From: an uncultured virus (IMG/VR IMGVR_UViG_3300032287_003803)
Lineage: Duplodnaviria > Heunggongvirae > Uroviricota > Caudoviricetes
IMG/VR virus record: IMGVR_UViG_3300032287_003803
DNA: 64,000 nucleotides
Direction: 5' to 3' (one strand)
The notes under the pieces were generated by a model, which searched no databases, was not told the origin of the DNA, and worked only from the letters and a program-made list of their open reading frames with translations. Positions 27,495 through 37,847 of this stretch are shown in pieces. The translations under genes and the position numbers were made by a program. Numbering within the stretch: position 1 is the first letter of the stretch; every line of letters starts with the position of its first letter.

Positions 27495-27539
27495 TGTGAG
27501 TTAATATGCGTGCAAAAGAGTGTTTGTCAATGAGGAAAA

Positions 27540-27714
27540 TGGTGAAGGTGTGCTTTTACGCCAAAAGGCAGTTTACAGTCAGTCGCTTTATTGTCCTCCC
27601 CGAACCAAATCAAAACATAATTAAATAGCGACCTCACATGTTTCTACAGTTTGTCGGTTTGGCCTGTATTCCTACTCCTTAGATGATGGCTGCTTCTAGG
27701 CCAACATTCCTTCA
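27540..27714 (-). ncRNA. Structured RNA containing a 23S rRNA H43/H44 (GTPase-associated centre) mimic
   Basis: AUGUUGGCCUAGAAGCAGCCAUCAUCUAAGGAGU [112 nt] GCGUAAAAGCACAC versus E. coli 23S AUGUUGGCUUAGAAGCAGCCAUCAUUUAAAGAAAGCGUAAUAGCUCAC; closing UGAAGG/CCUUCA stem followed by CCA. Confidence 0.8.
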
Positions 27715-27825
27715 AATTTTTAGATTTAAAATTAGTGAGCGGTCTGCTTTATCTCCTATCACAGTCGAGAATCACTGTGTAGAATCGGAGGCTGACTCGC
27801 AATCTCGAAAATTAACTAAAGAGTT

Positions 27826-28188
27826 TTATACTACTTTAATAAGTTCGTGAATATCATCATTGATATTCTTGACAAACTTGTAGCCGTCTTCTTTCAAGAA
27901 AGCAATCATACTGTCAGCATCAACAGGACCGTCAAAATCAGAGTAAACTTTCAAACCATCAAGACCAGCAATTTGATACAGGTTGTCTGATTTATAATCG
28001 CATTCAATGATTAGAACTGAATTAAATTCAGTCTGGAACACATCTCCAGTGTTAAAATGCTCGATCTTCTCATCGAGGTCTGTCTCGCTGTCATCGTTAG
28101 CATCAGTGTCTTCAATAAGGCCAAGTTGGATGAGCTTGTTGAGATTGACTTTGTATTCTTTATTGTCTAGTGTGAGGGTTGCTTTCAT
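27826..28188 (-). CDS. Acidic hypothetical protein
   Basis: ORF with own TTGACA...TATAAT promoter. Confidence 0.7.
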   Translation of the reverse strand: MKATLTLDNKEYKVNLNKLIQLGLIEDTDANDDSETDLDEKIEHFNTGDVFQTEFNSVLIIECDYKSDNLYQIAGLDGLKVYSDFDGPVDADSMIAFLKEDGYKFVKNINDDIHELIKVV

Positions 28189-29090
28189 GTGTTTATTATA
28201 TTAGGGTTTTAGGGATTGTCAAGGACAAAGTTGAATTTGAGTTGGTTTTTGTTTTCGGGTTCAGGTTCTTGAAGTTCTGCCGCGATTTCTGGAAAAGCGT
28301 CTGTGAGGAAACTCTCAACCAAAAGCTCCGCCATTGTTGGACCTGCGACAACTTCTTGAAGAGTTTTAATTGAGTTTTTAATTGCCAGTTTTTGTGTTTT
28401 ATTCATGATTTGATAGTATGATTTTAATTCCAAAGAAAACACCAACAATTGCCAAAAACAACAAAAACAATTGGAAATCAGTTAATTGATGGGTCATCGG
28501 GTTTCTGCGCTTGCAGGATTCTTTGATTGAATAATTGGAGCAATAATGCAAGCTGCTCATCAGTGCAGTTGCAAATTATGTCATCGCCTCTCTCAGCATG
28601 AAAACCAATCACTAAATACTTGTCGAAAATGGAATCCAAATGAGCCTCTGCAAGAGTTTTTGCGATTTTAATTTTACTCTTGTCCATAAAGAATTTCAAA
28701 AATATCTCGATTAAGTTGGTGAGCGTCTTCTAGCTGTTGTGACAATTCGTGCAAGCGATCTGCTGCTTCAAGCAAGCAAGTGCTAACAATGCCGTCTTCT
28801 GTTTCTATATCTCGCGCTAAAATTTGCAAAGCAGCGATTATGGTTGGCGTGGATGAATTCATGGAATTTGTTTCAAGAAATTAATCATACTATTGATTGA
28901 TTGTTTGTCAAGCAAAACTTGATCGCCATAGGGGATTCCTGTTTTGAGAATTTTCCAGCAGTGGCGCAAACGATGCCAAAAACTAAACCTATGTGTACCA
29001 TAAGGTTCCCATATTGAAATATTTAGTTGGTTAAATTCTTCGTCCCATTCGAGATGAAGTTCTTCGCTGTGGCAGGCGCATGGTAGAGTT

Positions 29091-29603
29091 TTATTCATGT
29101 TTGCAAATATAGACGTTTTTATGATTTTTTTCAAAGATTTGATGGAGAATGTCTTGCACCGTTTCCCAATCAGCACCACCTAAGCCACAGCCAATTTTAT
29201 ATGGAACGTAAATATCTGTGAGAACAATTGGATGCTCGTTGATACCAAAAACGCCATCATCAATTGTTTCAGTATCATTTCCAACAAAGTAGGTATTAGC
29301 AATGCTTTTAAATCCTGCAATGAGTGCAGAATATTCTGTCTGTTGTTTACTCGTTCCAATATTGTATTGGCCAAAGAGATTAGCAACAATAACGTTATGC
29401 GCAACATTCACTTCAAACACACTACCCAACAACATAATAGGGTAATTTTGACTTCTGACATGAGAGCGATATTCTCCTGCATTAACAGGCCATTTGCGCC
29501 CAATTGCACCAGCCAATCCGCCAACTGCACCAATGCAATTAACAGAGTGAACAATGACTCCTTTATCTACTGTAAGGATGTCTTTATTGATTGTCGTGAT
29601 CAT
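29091..29603 (-). CDS. Macro-domain (ADP-ribose processing) protein
   Basis: IVHSVNC.GAVGGLA.AI..KWP, VANLFGQ, PYKIGCGLGGADW. Confidence 0.85.
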   Translation of the reverse strand: MITTINKDILTVDKGVIVHSVNCIGAVGGLAGAIGRKWPVNAGEYRSHVRSQNYPIMLLGSVFEVNVAHNVIVANLFGQYNIGTSKQQTEYSALIAGFKSIANTYFVGNDTETIDDGVFGINEHPIVLTDIYVPYKIGCGLGGADWETVQDILHQIFEKNHKNVYICKHE

Positions 29604-30518
29604 TGATTTTAATTGTATATCTTTCTTTGTTTTCGAACATGGACATTAAAGTAGATTTAAAATTCTTTTCAAAATCCAATTGTTTGCTTTCTGGAACATG
29701 AGACAGGAATGCTTCATACAATGAAACTAGAGAGCCTGCTACAAATGCAGGATCAAAAAATACACTCTTATCATTGTTCATGATTTGAGCAGCAGGATAA
29801 AGAATATTGTTATCTTCATATTGAGCGATGAGCGCTACTGGTATAATGTCTGTATTGATTGTTTTGCTCATAATTCAATTAATTTTGGAAATGGATGTTT
29901 TTCGTTGAACTCTTTTATTTTTAATACGATGTAGTTTGATGAGCCATATCGTTCTTCAATTTCTGGCAAATGCCAAGGAGTGAGACTCATGTGTTCCTCA
30001 AGTTTTTCTTGCCAAACTTTTATTTTAGCATGATACATTTGTAATTCGTTATCTGTTAATTCGAATTTCATTCTTTACTATAGAGTTTATCCCACAATTT
30101 GTCAACTTTATTTAGTGCATTTTTTGCAAGCTCTTGTACAAGAAAGTAACTACCAGCAGTTGTTATATATCTCAAGGTTTCATACATCACCGCCCATTGA
30201 TCTTGGAAGCAATTATAATCTTTTAAATTAATTTCGCCGTATTTACAAACCACTGCTTCGCAGTTGATTGGTGGGCAGCAACCTGTTTCACCGCAGCTAC
30301 CGCATTTGGCGCAGTATGGGGATTCTTCGCTATCAATTTGAGATTGAAGAGCGTCTTCTGGATAATTTTTTGGGTCGCAGATTAGTGGTCTAATTTCTTC
30401 GCTAATATTCTTTTTGCTTGATTCAATCCCACAAATAATTGTTTCACCTTCTGCTGTTCCTCCAAGTATCTCCTCAACAATACTTATAGCAGTATCTAGT
30501 CCATCATTATAGTCTTGT

Positions 30519-30932
30519 TTACTCATTGTTTTTAATTAATTCAGGGTTTTCGCAAACATTACTAATAATTTCTAAAAAATTATATCTAGCACCATTGGGT
30601 GTAATTTGGTTGGTTAAATAATCACCTGTCTTGGATTTAAGCACCCAGCCAAAAGAAGCATCTGACCAAATAACTTCAAAATTCATTCCGTCATAATTAC
30701 TGTTCTGGTTATATTGAATCAGATCACCTTCGTAAATTTCGACTCCTTTAGAGTCTTTCAATCCAGTGTATTGCTGGATAACATAATCATTTTCTGGCAA
30801 AACATCATCATAACCGCCATGATAAACTAGACCCACCAAAGAGATTGCTAAGCGTTTATGTGAAGCATCCCATTCATAAATCCACTTTTTATTCTGTTTA
30901 TCCCAGATGCGGAATTTTAGTTGTCTATTCAT
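30519..30932 (-). CDS. YopX-family protein
   Basis: KFRIWDK...QQYTGLKDSKGVEIYEGDLI...EIISNVCENPEL. Confidence 0.9.
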   Translation of the reverse strand: MNRQLKFRIWDKQNKKWIYEWDASHKRLAISLVGLVYHGGYDDVLPENDYVIQQYTGLKDSKGVEIYEGDLIQYNQNSNYDGMNFEVIWSDASFGWVLKSKTGDYLTNQITPNGARYNFLEIISNVCENPELIKNNE

Positions 30933-33508
30933 TTGTTTCCTCCTTTACTGGCCATTCAAACATTTGTAGGTGAAAGAACGCATCACTCAATCCCTTCTCT
31001 TCCAACCAAACAGCACACCAGCTAGAGTAAACTTCACAATTGCGAACTGTATAAATCTGCCCAAGCACAAGGTTGTCTTTAGCAAATTTAATGATGTTGG
31101 TATAATGTGGATAGAACATTCCATCAGCACCTTCAAAGCGAACTTTGTCGCCAATTTCGGGCCATTCCCAAGGACGACTTTCTCCGTATGTTTCCTTAAA
31201 TTGTTCTTTGTTCATATTTAAAAACTTTCATGTTCATCAAGACGACTCTGTAGTTTAGAGATTTTGCTCTCCAAGAATGTAATGTATTCTCTCAAATTGT
31301 CAATGGCTTTTTGGTGTTGAAATAGTTCTTTGTTGAGATTGTTTATTTCATTTTCTGTTCTTTTAGCAGCCATTTCATGTACGCCTTTTAGCCTCAACTC
31401 TGTGAAGGCTTCTTTGGTGATAGTTTCGATGTTAGTATCCCACTGTTGTTGCTTGTCAGCATAGATTTCAAGAGCGAGTTTAACAACTGATTCGGCGTTT
31501 TTGATTTGTTCTTGTGTCATATTATTTTTTAATCTTATGTCTCTTTAAAACCCATTTAGCATCATCTTTCAAACCATCTTCTCCATACTTAGCCACATTT
31601 TTTAACACACTCTCATATTCTGACAATGCATCACTGCCACGCGCAACAACTTGTTTAAGAGCTTCAAGCTCATTGGTTAGATTACGCAAAATTTCATTAA
31701 CGCTGTTATTTTGAAAGCGAAAAGCTTCTGCAATTGTTTTGGGTGTTTTGTAAATTGGTGTTTTCATTTTTCTCTCCAATGTTTGTTATGAATGCCTCTT
31801 TTGTTTGCTACATATTGACCAACACCATTATAACCGTTTTCCCTATACATGTCAAATAGTTTCGCAACATCACGGCTTGGCAAACTTTCAGCATCAGAAC
31901 CAGGTCCAAAATAATCGTTGACGTTGATGTAAAGGTTTATGGTGCCATCTCCATAATCATTGCCAGAAAACAAGACGCTCTTGTCTAAGAGAAAGGCAAG
32001 CATGTCTTCTTCGTTTGGCACTTTTTCACCATTTATATCAAAATAGTAATTGCGTTCGATTGTGACTGTTTCTGAATATTCCATAATTATAGACTTTTAA
32101 TTTCTGTGGAGCATGTTTCGGCCATTTTCTTGTATAGCTTTTCTTCTTCTGTTTCTAGCATGTTTGTTAGATAGCGAAGAATGTGGTATTTTTGTTCGCA
32201 GCTAAAAGGAACTGGCTCTTCGTACATAGAATGCGTTGGATAATCCAAGCGTTCCATGACTTGATTAAATAAGTATTGAGCTTCTGGAACGAGTTTCATT
32301 TATTTTTTATTTAGTTAAAAGAGCTTCAACAATCTTTTCAGCGTTTTCTTGAAAAGATGGGTAATAAATTGTATTAAATTCTTTGCCGTGTTTGTCAATA
32401 AACCACTGCCAATCCTTGCGAGCTTGTTCACTCATTGGAATTCCTTCTTTGGGCTTAGCTTCACTAGCTTCGCGAATAATATCTATAATCTCATCTTGTT
32501 TATCTTTTGCAGCAGCAAGAATTTCAGCTTTATGGGGATAAACAATAGAACGAATTGTTTTAGAACCAAGAGCTACTTTTATAAGCCACCAGCCATCCTG
32601 CAATCCATCTAGCGCCCAAGGATCGTTGTGCTCGATGTATTTTTTGCCGACTTTTTTATAGAGTTGAGTTTTGTGAGAAATTCGTGTGAGAGCATTCATG
32701 GGGCGAGTAATTGTTTGAGTTCGTTTATAATGTCTTCTAACTTGCTCATTTTACCCTTTTGCATGTAAAAGTCAACCTCATTTTCAACAAATGTATAACC
32801 ATCTTCCCACTCTACCAAATCACCTTCGTAAGATGAAATTAGTTCTTTTAGTTTTGTTTTTAACTCTGTGTTCTCTTTAATGAATTTTGACATGCGGTTT
32901 GCTCGGTCTTTGATGTCTGGACGATCAATTAAAATGCTTTTTAATTTTACTTGATTGTCATGATTGGATTTCCATTGATGCACTTCTTTCTTGAGAGACT
33001 CAAGAGCTTCGCAGGAGCAAATATCAGCAATACGCCAATCTCCATTCCAGCCCTGCATTTTAACATAAGTGGAAACTTTAAGTGCAGATTGAATAATATC
33101 GCTTGGAATGGCAACGTCTTTAATCATAGATTGTTTTAAATCTTCCAAGTGGTTGTTGATACATAGTCTCCACATTGATTGCATGGATATTCGTCGCTTT
33201 CAAATTCATCGTATGGAAACACTTCAACCAAATCGGTAAGCGAGCGGCAACCATCTTTCATTTGTTCTTTAAATTTAAGGCATAGAAAGTCAAAAATCTG
33301 CTCCTGCTCTTCTTCGGAGATTTCTTGCAAGTCTTTGCCGTCAAAAGTCCAGCCATGAGATGTATAACCATCTGTTTTAATGATTTTCATAGTAGAGGTA
33401 ATTGTTTTTTTTGTTTTAGAAAAAATTTTATCGTAGTTTTCCCAATAAGAGGGAAGATTTGCGCCTTTGCGTAGTGTTGATCCTTTACCTGCTGACATTT
33501 TTTTTTAT

Positions 33509-34105
33509 TTATTTAACTGTTTTATAACCTTGATAGGGCTGCTGCCCAAGAACGTTGGGTGATAAGGTTTTATACCAAGAACCTCTCACGCAAACCTCGC
33601 CTTCTTCGCCAGAAACTTCGCAAGTTCTTTTGCAAAGATATTCGGCGAAACTAATCATCCCTTGGATTTCTCTGTCGCCGCCAGAAACATAGAAACGAAG
33701 TTCTGCAAATTTTTCTTTGATTTGGTCGATTTTTACTTGTGGCGGATAGATTTTTTTCCATTTTGTATATTTATTCGCTCTGCCAAAAACATTACGAAGA
33801 AGTTTACAAAATGATTTATTTAGTTCGATGTCTTTTAGCTTTGGAAAACGCTTCATGAGCCAAGGATGAATTCTACTAAGGAACAAATACAAGTAATGCC
33901 AAGTGTAGTATTTTTTAGAAATGATCTCTTTTTCTGTGCGATATGTGAGGGTTAAGTAGTCCTTAATTGCGCCACAAAGATCATCAACGATTTTCTCCCA
34001 GCCTTGAGGAACCCAAATTCCACATGGGCATTCTGTTTCTCCAAGCTCGTTCTTGTAAAACAAGCTTGGATATTTATTCATTAGGCGTGTTGAGAAATCT
34101 TCCAT
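33509..34105 (-). CDS. Conserved phage hypothetical protein
   Basis: GW..IVD.L, QIKEKFAELRFY, TCEVSG..G, WYKTL motifs. Confidence 0.75.
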   Translation of the reverse strand: MEDFSTRLMNKYPSLFYKNELGETECPCGIWVPQGWEKIVDDLCGAIKDYLTLTYRTEKEIISKKYYTWHYLYLFLSRIHPWLMKRFPKLKDIELNKSFCKLLRNVFGRANKYTKWKKIYPPQVKIDQIKEKFAELRFYVSGGDREIQGMISFAEYLCKRTCEVSGEEGEVCVRGSWYKTLSPNVLGQQPYQGYKTVK

Positions 34106-34106
34106 A

Positions 34107-34667
34107 TTAAAATTTAAATGAAATTCGTTGAATGTAATTACCAAGATTAATAATCTTGCGTGAGACTAGACCTAAAAAATTGCCAAAAGCTCTCTGCATT
34201 TTACCCCTAAAGGTTTTTCCAAATTTAATGGATTCTGATAATTCTTTTTGAAATTTTGCTAAGCGCTCTAATCTTTCTGCTGAATTCGTCTCTTCATATT
34301 TTACTAGAGAGGTTTTTTGCAAAACTCCATCAATAAATACAAAATCCATTTCAATCCAAATATCAACTGTTTCGGACTGTAAAAAGTCGTAAGCATTAAT
34401 TGTGCAGGTTTTATTGTATGGAATTTTTTCTTTTGAAATCGGTTCCAAGAAGCCTCCAAAAGGGCCGTTTTCCTCAACCCATCTTTTTTCGACTTTCTCC
34501 TCAAAAAGCTTACCTTCTTCAATAAAGAAATTTGACAATAAACAGTCAAAATCTTTGGTTTGCCAACCAAGTTCGTTTTCACCCAAAAGAGTTAAATATT
34601 TGTCAACTTTGGGGTCCGTTCCTTGAATAACGGATTTGTTAAAAATGATAGTGTCAAAAAGGCCCAT
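34107..34667 (-). CDS. Conserved phage hypothetical protein
   Basis: MGLFDTI...WQTKDFDC.L..F.IE.GKL motif. Confidence 0.7.
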   Translation of the reverse strand: MGLFDTIIFNKSVIQGTDPKVDKYLTLLGENELGWQTKDFDCLLSNFFIEEGKLFEEKVEKRWVEENGPFGGFLEPISKEKIPYNKTCTINAYDFLQSETVDIWIEMDFVFIDGVLQKTSLVKYEETNSAERLERLAKFQKELSESIKFGKTFRGKMQRAFGNFLGLVSRKIINLGNYIQRISFKF

Positions 34668-35150
34668 TTTTTTTATTAGTTAAAGTTTGGTTCACATAGA
34701 AGATTTTCGATCTTTTTAATGTTGTCAACGATAGCATCGTCACTCATTGCAATGCGGCCATAATAAATGCCTAAACAAGGAGAGTAAAATTGCTCATAGT
34801 ATTCCTTTTTCTTTCTCATGATTTCGAGATCGGTTTGTAATTGACTGATTTGGTCTTTGAGTATTTGTTCGTCCATATTAATCTATAAAATAGAAATTAG
34901 AAATTGTAACTGGAATGCTATAGCGGTCTTTTGTTCCGTCTGGAATGAAGATTTCGTTTGCTTCGTCTAGCCAACCAGTTTGGCCGTAATTAATGTCTCT
35001 TTCGTTTTTGCCAGTGTAAACTGCTCGTCTCATTTTATCGTTTAAAAATAGTTGTAAAAAATGGTTCTTTAACAGAAAGAGCAGCAATTAGCATGATGAT
35101 AAAACAGATGATGGTGTCCATTCTTTAATGTAGCTCTCTTTTAGAGAGAG

Positions 35151-35969
35151 TCAAATGTTTTGATAAGGTTTTTCGCGAAACCATTTTGTCAAAATAAACT
35201 TTTCGCCCTCTTCGACTGGCATGCCCCAATGCTTTGATTCGGGAATGTTAGAACCGTCTTTGGTGTTTTGCCACAAAATCATTGTGCCAGCTTCGGGTTT
35301 TGTTTCTAAATCTATTTCTGTGAATTTAGTGTGTCCACCCTTGGGAGTGTCATTCAAGTAGATCATGGCAGTCCAAGTGCGGTTTCCATACAGTTCCAAC
35401 TCTCGTCTTTGTTGTTCTGTCAAAGGAAAGAAAGAATCGAAATGAGGTTTAAATTCTTCGCCAACTTTATAGTATTGGCCCTGAATTTGTTCGCTGTATT
35501 TTTCTGGAATATTAATGATTTTTGAAATTGCATCTTCGATTTCATCAATCACAGGATCAGACTTGCGAAACAAATGAGCAGTCGAGCTTGTGCGAAAGTC
35601 AGAAATCTTACTGCCTCCATTGTCATAGTCAATCACAGAAGACTTTTGACAGCGATTCCTGATGACTTGAATCATGCGAACGCACTGGTCTTCTGTTAAG
35701 GCGTTTTTGATTTTAAAGATATTTAATTTATCAGAAAGCTTTTCTGCGCCAAATTCAGTTGTCAGATTCTCAATTTTGAGAGAAGGAGATTCGTCTTGAA
35801 TCTTTTTTAAGATTTCTGGCATGGAGAATTCTCTGATGATTAAGTCTTCATCAAAGCCTTTTTCAAGTAAAATCTGTGCTAATTCTCGTTTTTGAGAACC
35901 TCTACGAACATTATCCCAAATCCAAAACTTCCAAGAATCGTCAAAGCTAGTCTTTTTCATATTAAACAT
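35151..35969 (-). CDS. Prolyl 4-hydroxylase-like 2OG-Fe(II) oxygenase
   Basis: RTSSTA, Q..YYKVGEEFKPHFD, NRTWTAMIYLND..GG.T.F, HWGMPV..GEKFILTKWFR. Confidence 0.85.
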   Translation of the reverse strand: MFNMKKTSFDDSWKFWIWDNVRRGSQKRELAQILLEKGFDEDLIIREFSMPEILKKIQDESPSLKIENLTTEFGAEKLSDKLNIFKIKNALTEDQCVRMIQVIRNRCQKSSVIDYDNGGSKISDFRTSSTAHLFRKSDPVIDEIEDAISKIINIPEKYSEQIQGQYYKVGEEFKPHFDSFFPLTEQQRRELELYGNRTWTAMIYLNDTPKGGHTKFTEIDLETKPEAGTMILWQNTKDGSNIPESKHWGMPVEEGEKFILTKWFREKPYQNI

Positions 35970-35995
35970 ACGATGCTTAAGGTGTAAGTATTACT

Positions 35996-36694
35996 GTGAA
36001 AATAGATAAGAAAGCTCGCTCTATTTTAAACTCTTTTCCAAAAGATGTTCAAGACTATTTTCAAGAAATCAGCGAAAAATGTAAAAAACACCAAGTCAAA
36101 TTTCGCGTGTCGAGTGGGTGCAAGGTGTATTCTGGTAGTGGAAGTTGCGGCGGTTTCTTTTCCGACTCTCATAAAGAGCTTGCAATTGCAATCAACATCC
36201 CTTTGAAATGGGTGATTGCTATTCTTGTTCATGAGGATTCTCATTTTGACCAGTGGCTCAATCACCAATCAAATTGGCACGATCCAAAAGTTTCCCGCAA
36301 TATAACTTATTTTTTTGATTGGCTATCGAAAACAAAAAATATTAAAGACCCAACAGAGAGCGCCAAATCTGTGATCTCTCTTGAGTCTGACTGCGAAAGA
36401 CGGTCCATTAAAAAAATAAAAAAGAGATGGTCGCACATTATTTCGCCAGAAAATTACGCTCAGTCTGCTAATGCTTACATGTTTTCCTACTTGTATATGG
36501 CTTATTCGCGCAAGTGGATTTCTAAAAGCGTAAATATTTATAGCAAATGTTTTTACAGGAATTTCCCGCAAAAAATCCTTGGTAAGTTTGAAGGGTTATC
36601 GGAAAAATATTTCGAACTCTTTAGCAAAAATGATAAAAATGCAAGGGCGGCTCCAAATAGAGCCGCCCTGCGTCCTACAAACCGAAGTCTATAA
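35996..36694 (+). CDS. Putative zinc metalloprotein (HExxH)
   Basis: LVHEDSHFDQW and downstream LESDCE; GTGTAA motif upstream. Confidence 0.6.
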   Translation: MKIDKKARSILNSFPKDVQDYFQEISEKCKKHQVKFRVSSGCKVYSGSGSCGGFFSDSHKELAIAINIPLKWVIAILVHEDSHFDQWLNHQSNWHDPKVSRNITYFFDWLSKTKNIKDPTESAKSVISLESDCERRSIKKIKKRWSHIISPENYAQSANAYMFSYLYMAYSRKWISKSVNIYSKCFYRNFPQKILGKFEGLSEKYFELFSKNDKNARAAPNRAALRPTNRSL

Positions 36695-36702
36695 GAGGGG
36701 TA

Positions 36703-36882
36703 TTATTTATCTTTGGCCTTGCCAACATTGAGAGCTAGCCAATCCACAATCTTGTAGAGTTTGCCAACCCAATTGTTGTCTTTGGGAGTAGGTGTGAGTG
36801 CAGCAATAGCGGAAGCTGCTGCGACAACAGCAGTAACAGCGTGAACAAGATCAAGTTGATGAGTGAGAATCCAAGTAATCAT
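36703..36882 (-). CDS. Small holin-like membrane protein (not in ORF track)
   Basis: MITWILTHQLDLVHAVTAVVAAASAIAALTPTPKDNNWVGKLYKIVDWLALNVGKAKDK; GTGTAA motif upstream. Confidence 0.7.
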   Translation of the reverse strand: MITWILTHQLDLVHAVTAVVAAASAIAALTPTPKDNNWVGKLYKIVDWLALNVGKAKDK

Positions 36883-36883
36883 A

Positions 36884-37375
36884 CTATTCTTTACACTTTT
36901 GATCGAGCCAAAAATTTACTATTTTTAAAAATGATTCGTTTGATTTTTTTTCGCACAATTCTTTGATCTTTTTTAAGTGCTCGCATGAGCAGTCTTTAAG
37001 CATAACAAAAGATATTGGTTTATCTCCATTGATTCCAAGTGTTCCCCAGATAGAGTTTTCAGCTTGCCACTCAAAACTTTCAGTGTTTGGGATTTCTTCG
37101 GGGCTTAGAATTTTTACTTCATTATAATTCCAAACTCCGTATTTTCTTTTTTCGCCGAAATTTTCCCTCCAATCATTGTAGAGTTCTGCAAAAGTTTGTG
37201 GAACCTCAAACCAAATTTTTACTCCCCAAAATCTACCATAAGGTTCTGAATCTCCAATATTGGGCTGACCACCATCAGCCATGATATAGTCTGCTCCCTT
37301 TCCTACTGTAATGTAGTCATAGTGAGCGACAGATGCGACAATCTGTTTGTTGTTCGTCCAGCCTTTTAGTTTCAT
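36884..37375 (-). CDS. Conserved phage hypothetical protein
   Basis: SVAHYDY...MADGG and IWGT.G.NGD.P motifs. Confidence 0.7.
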   Translation of the reverse strand: MKLKGWTNNKQIVASVAHYDYITVGKGADYIMADGGQPNIGDSEPYGRFWGVKIWFEVPQTFAELYNDWRENFGEKRKYGVWNYNEVKILSPEEIPNTESFEWQAENSIWGTLGINGDKPISFVMLKDCSCEHLKKIKELCEKKSNESFLKIVNFWLDQKCKE

Positions 37376-37376
37376 A

Positions 37377-37811
37377 TTATTTAATCATTAGATATTGATG
37401 CAGCATAATATCATTTGGATGAGGTATCAGCTTGTCTGGAATTCTAGCGTCTTTGAGTTCGTCTTTTGCTTGATGGAAAGTTTTACCATCTCGCTCACAT
37501 TTTGCAATTAAAACAGCAGCAGGGCTTCTGCTGTAACCAGCAAAGCAATGAATTAGTAGCTTATCAATGGGAGTAAGCTCACGCACAAACTCAATAATTT
37601 GACGAACGTGCCCTTCGGTGGGCGCATATTTTGCATTTTCGGGATCAACTGCAACAGAATTAAATGTTTCGTCCTCAAAATCTAAAAACAAATATTTTTT
37701 ACCTTCGCGAAACTGTTCTGGTAGAAAATGCCCAAGAGAAATAACCGCATGATAATCTTTGGCGTATTTTTCTGCATTGGCAAAGTCTGTGTAGTGATTA
37801 ACTGTGTTCAT
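37377..37811 (-). CDS. Protein-tyrosine/dual-specificity phosphatase-like protein
   Basis: LIHCFAGYSRSPA (HCx5R) and PHPN. Confidence 0.85.
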   Translation of the reverse strand: MNTVNHYTDFANAEKYAKDYHAVISLGHFLPEQFREGKKYLFLDFEDETFNSVAVDPENAKYAPTEGHVRQIIEFVRELTPIDKLLIHCFAGYSRSPAAVLIAKCERDGKTFHQAKDELKDARIPDKLIPHPNDIMLHQYLMIK

Positions 37812-37847
37812 GAGATAATCTAGCTTATTTACCAACAATGTCAAGCT

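Noticed and set aside
27540..27714. True 23S rRNA gene or host rRNA contamination
   Set aside because: Only ~50 nt match, interrupted by an insert, closed by a non-rRNA stem and flanked by phage genes
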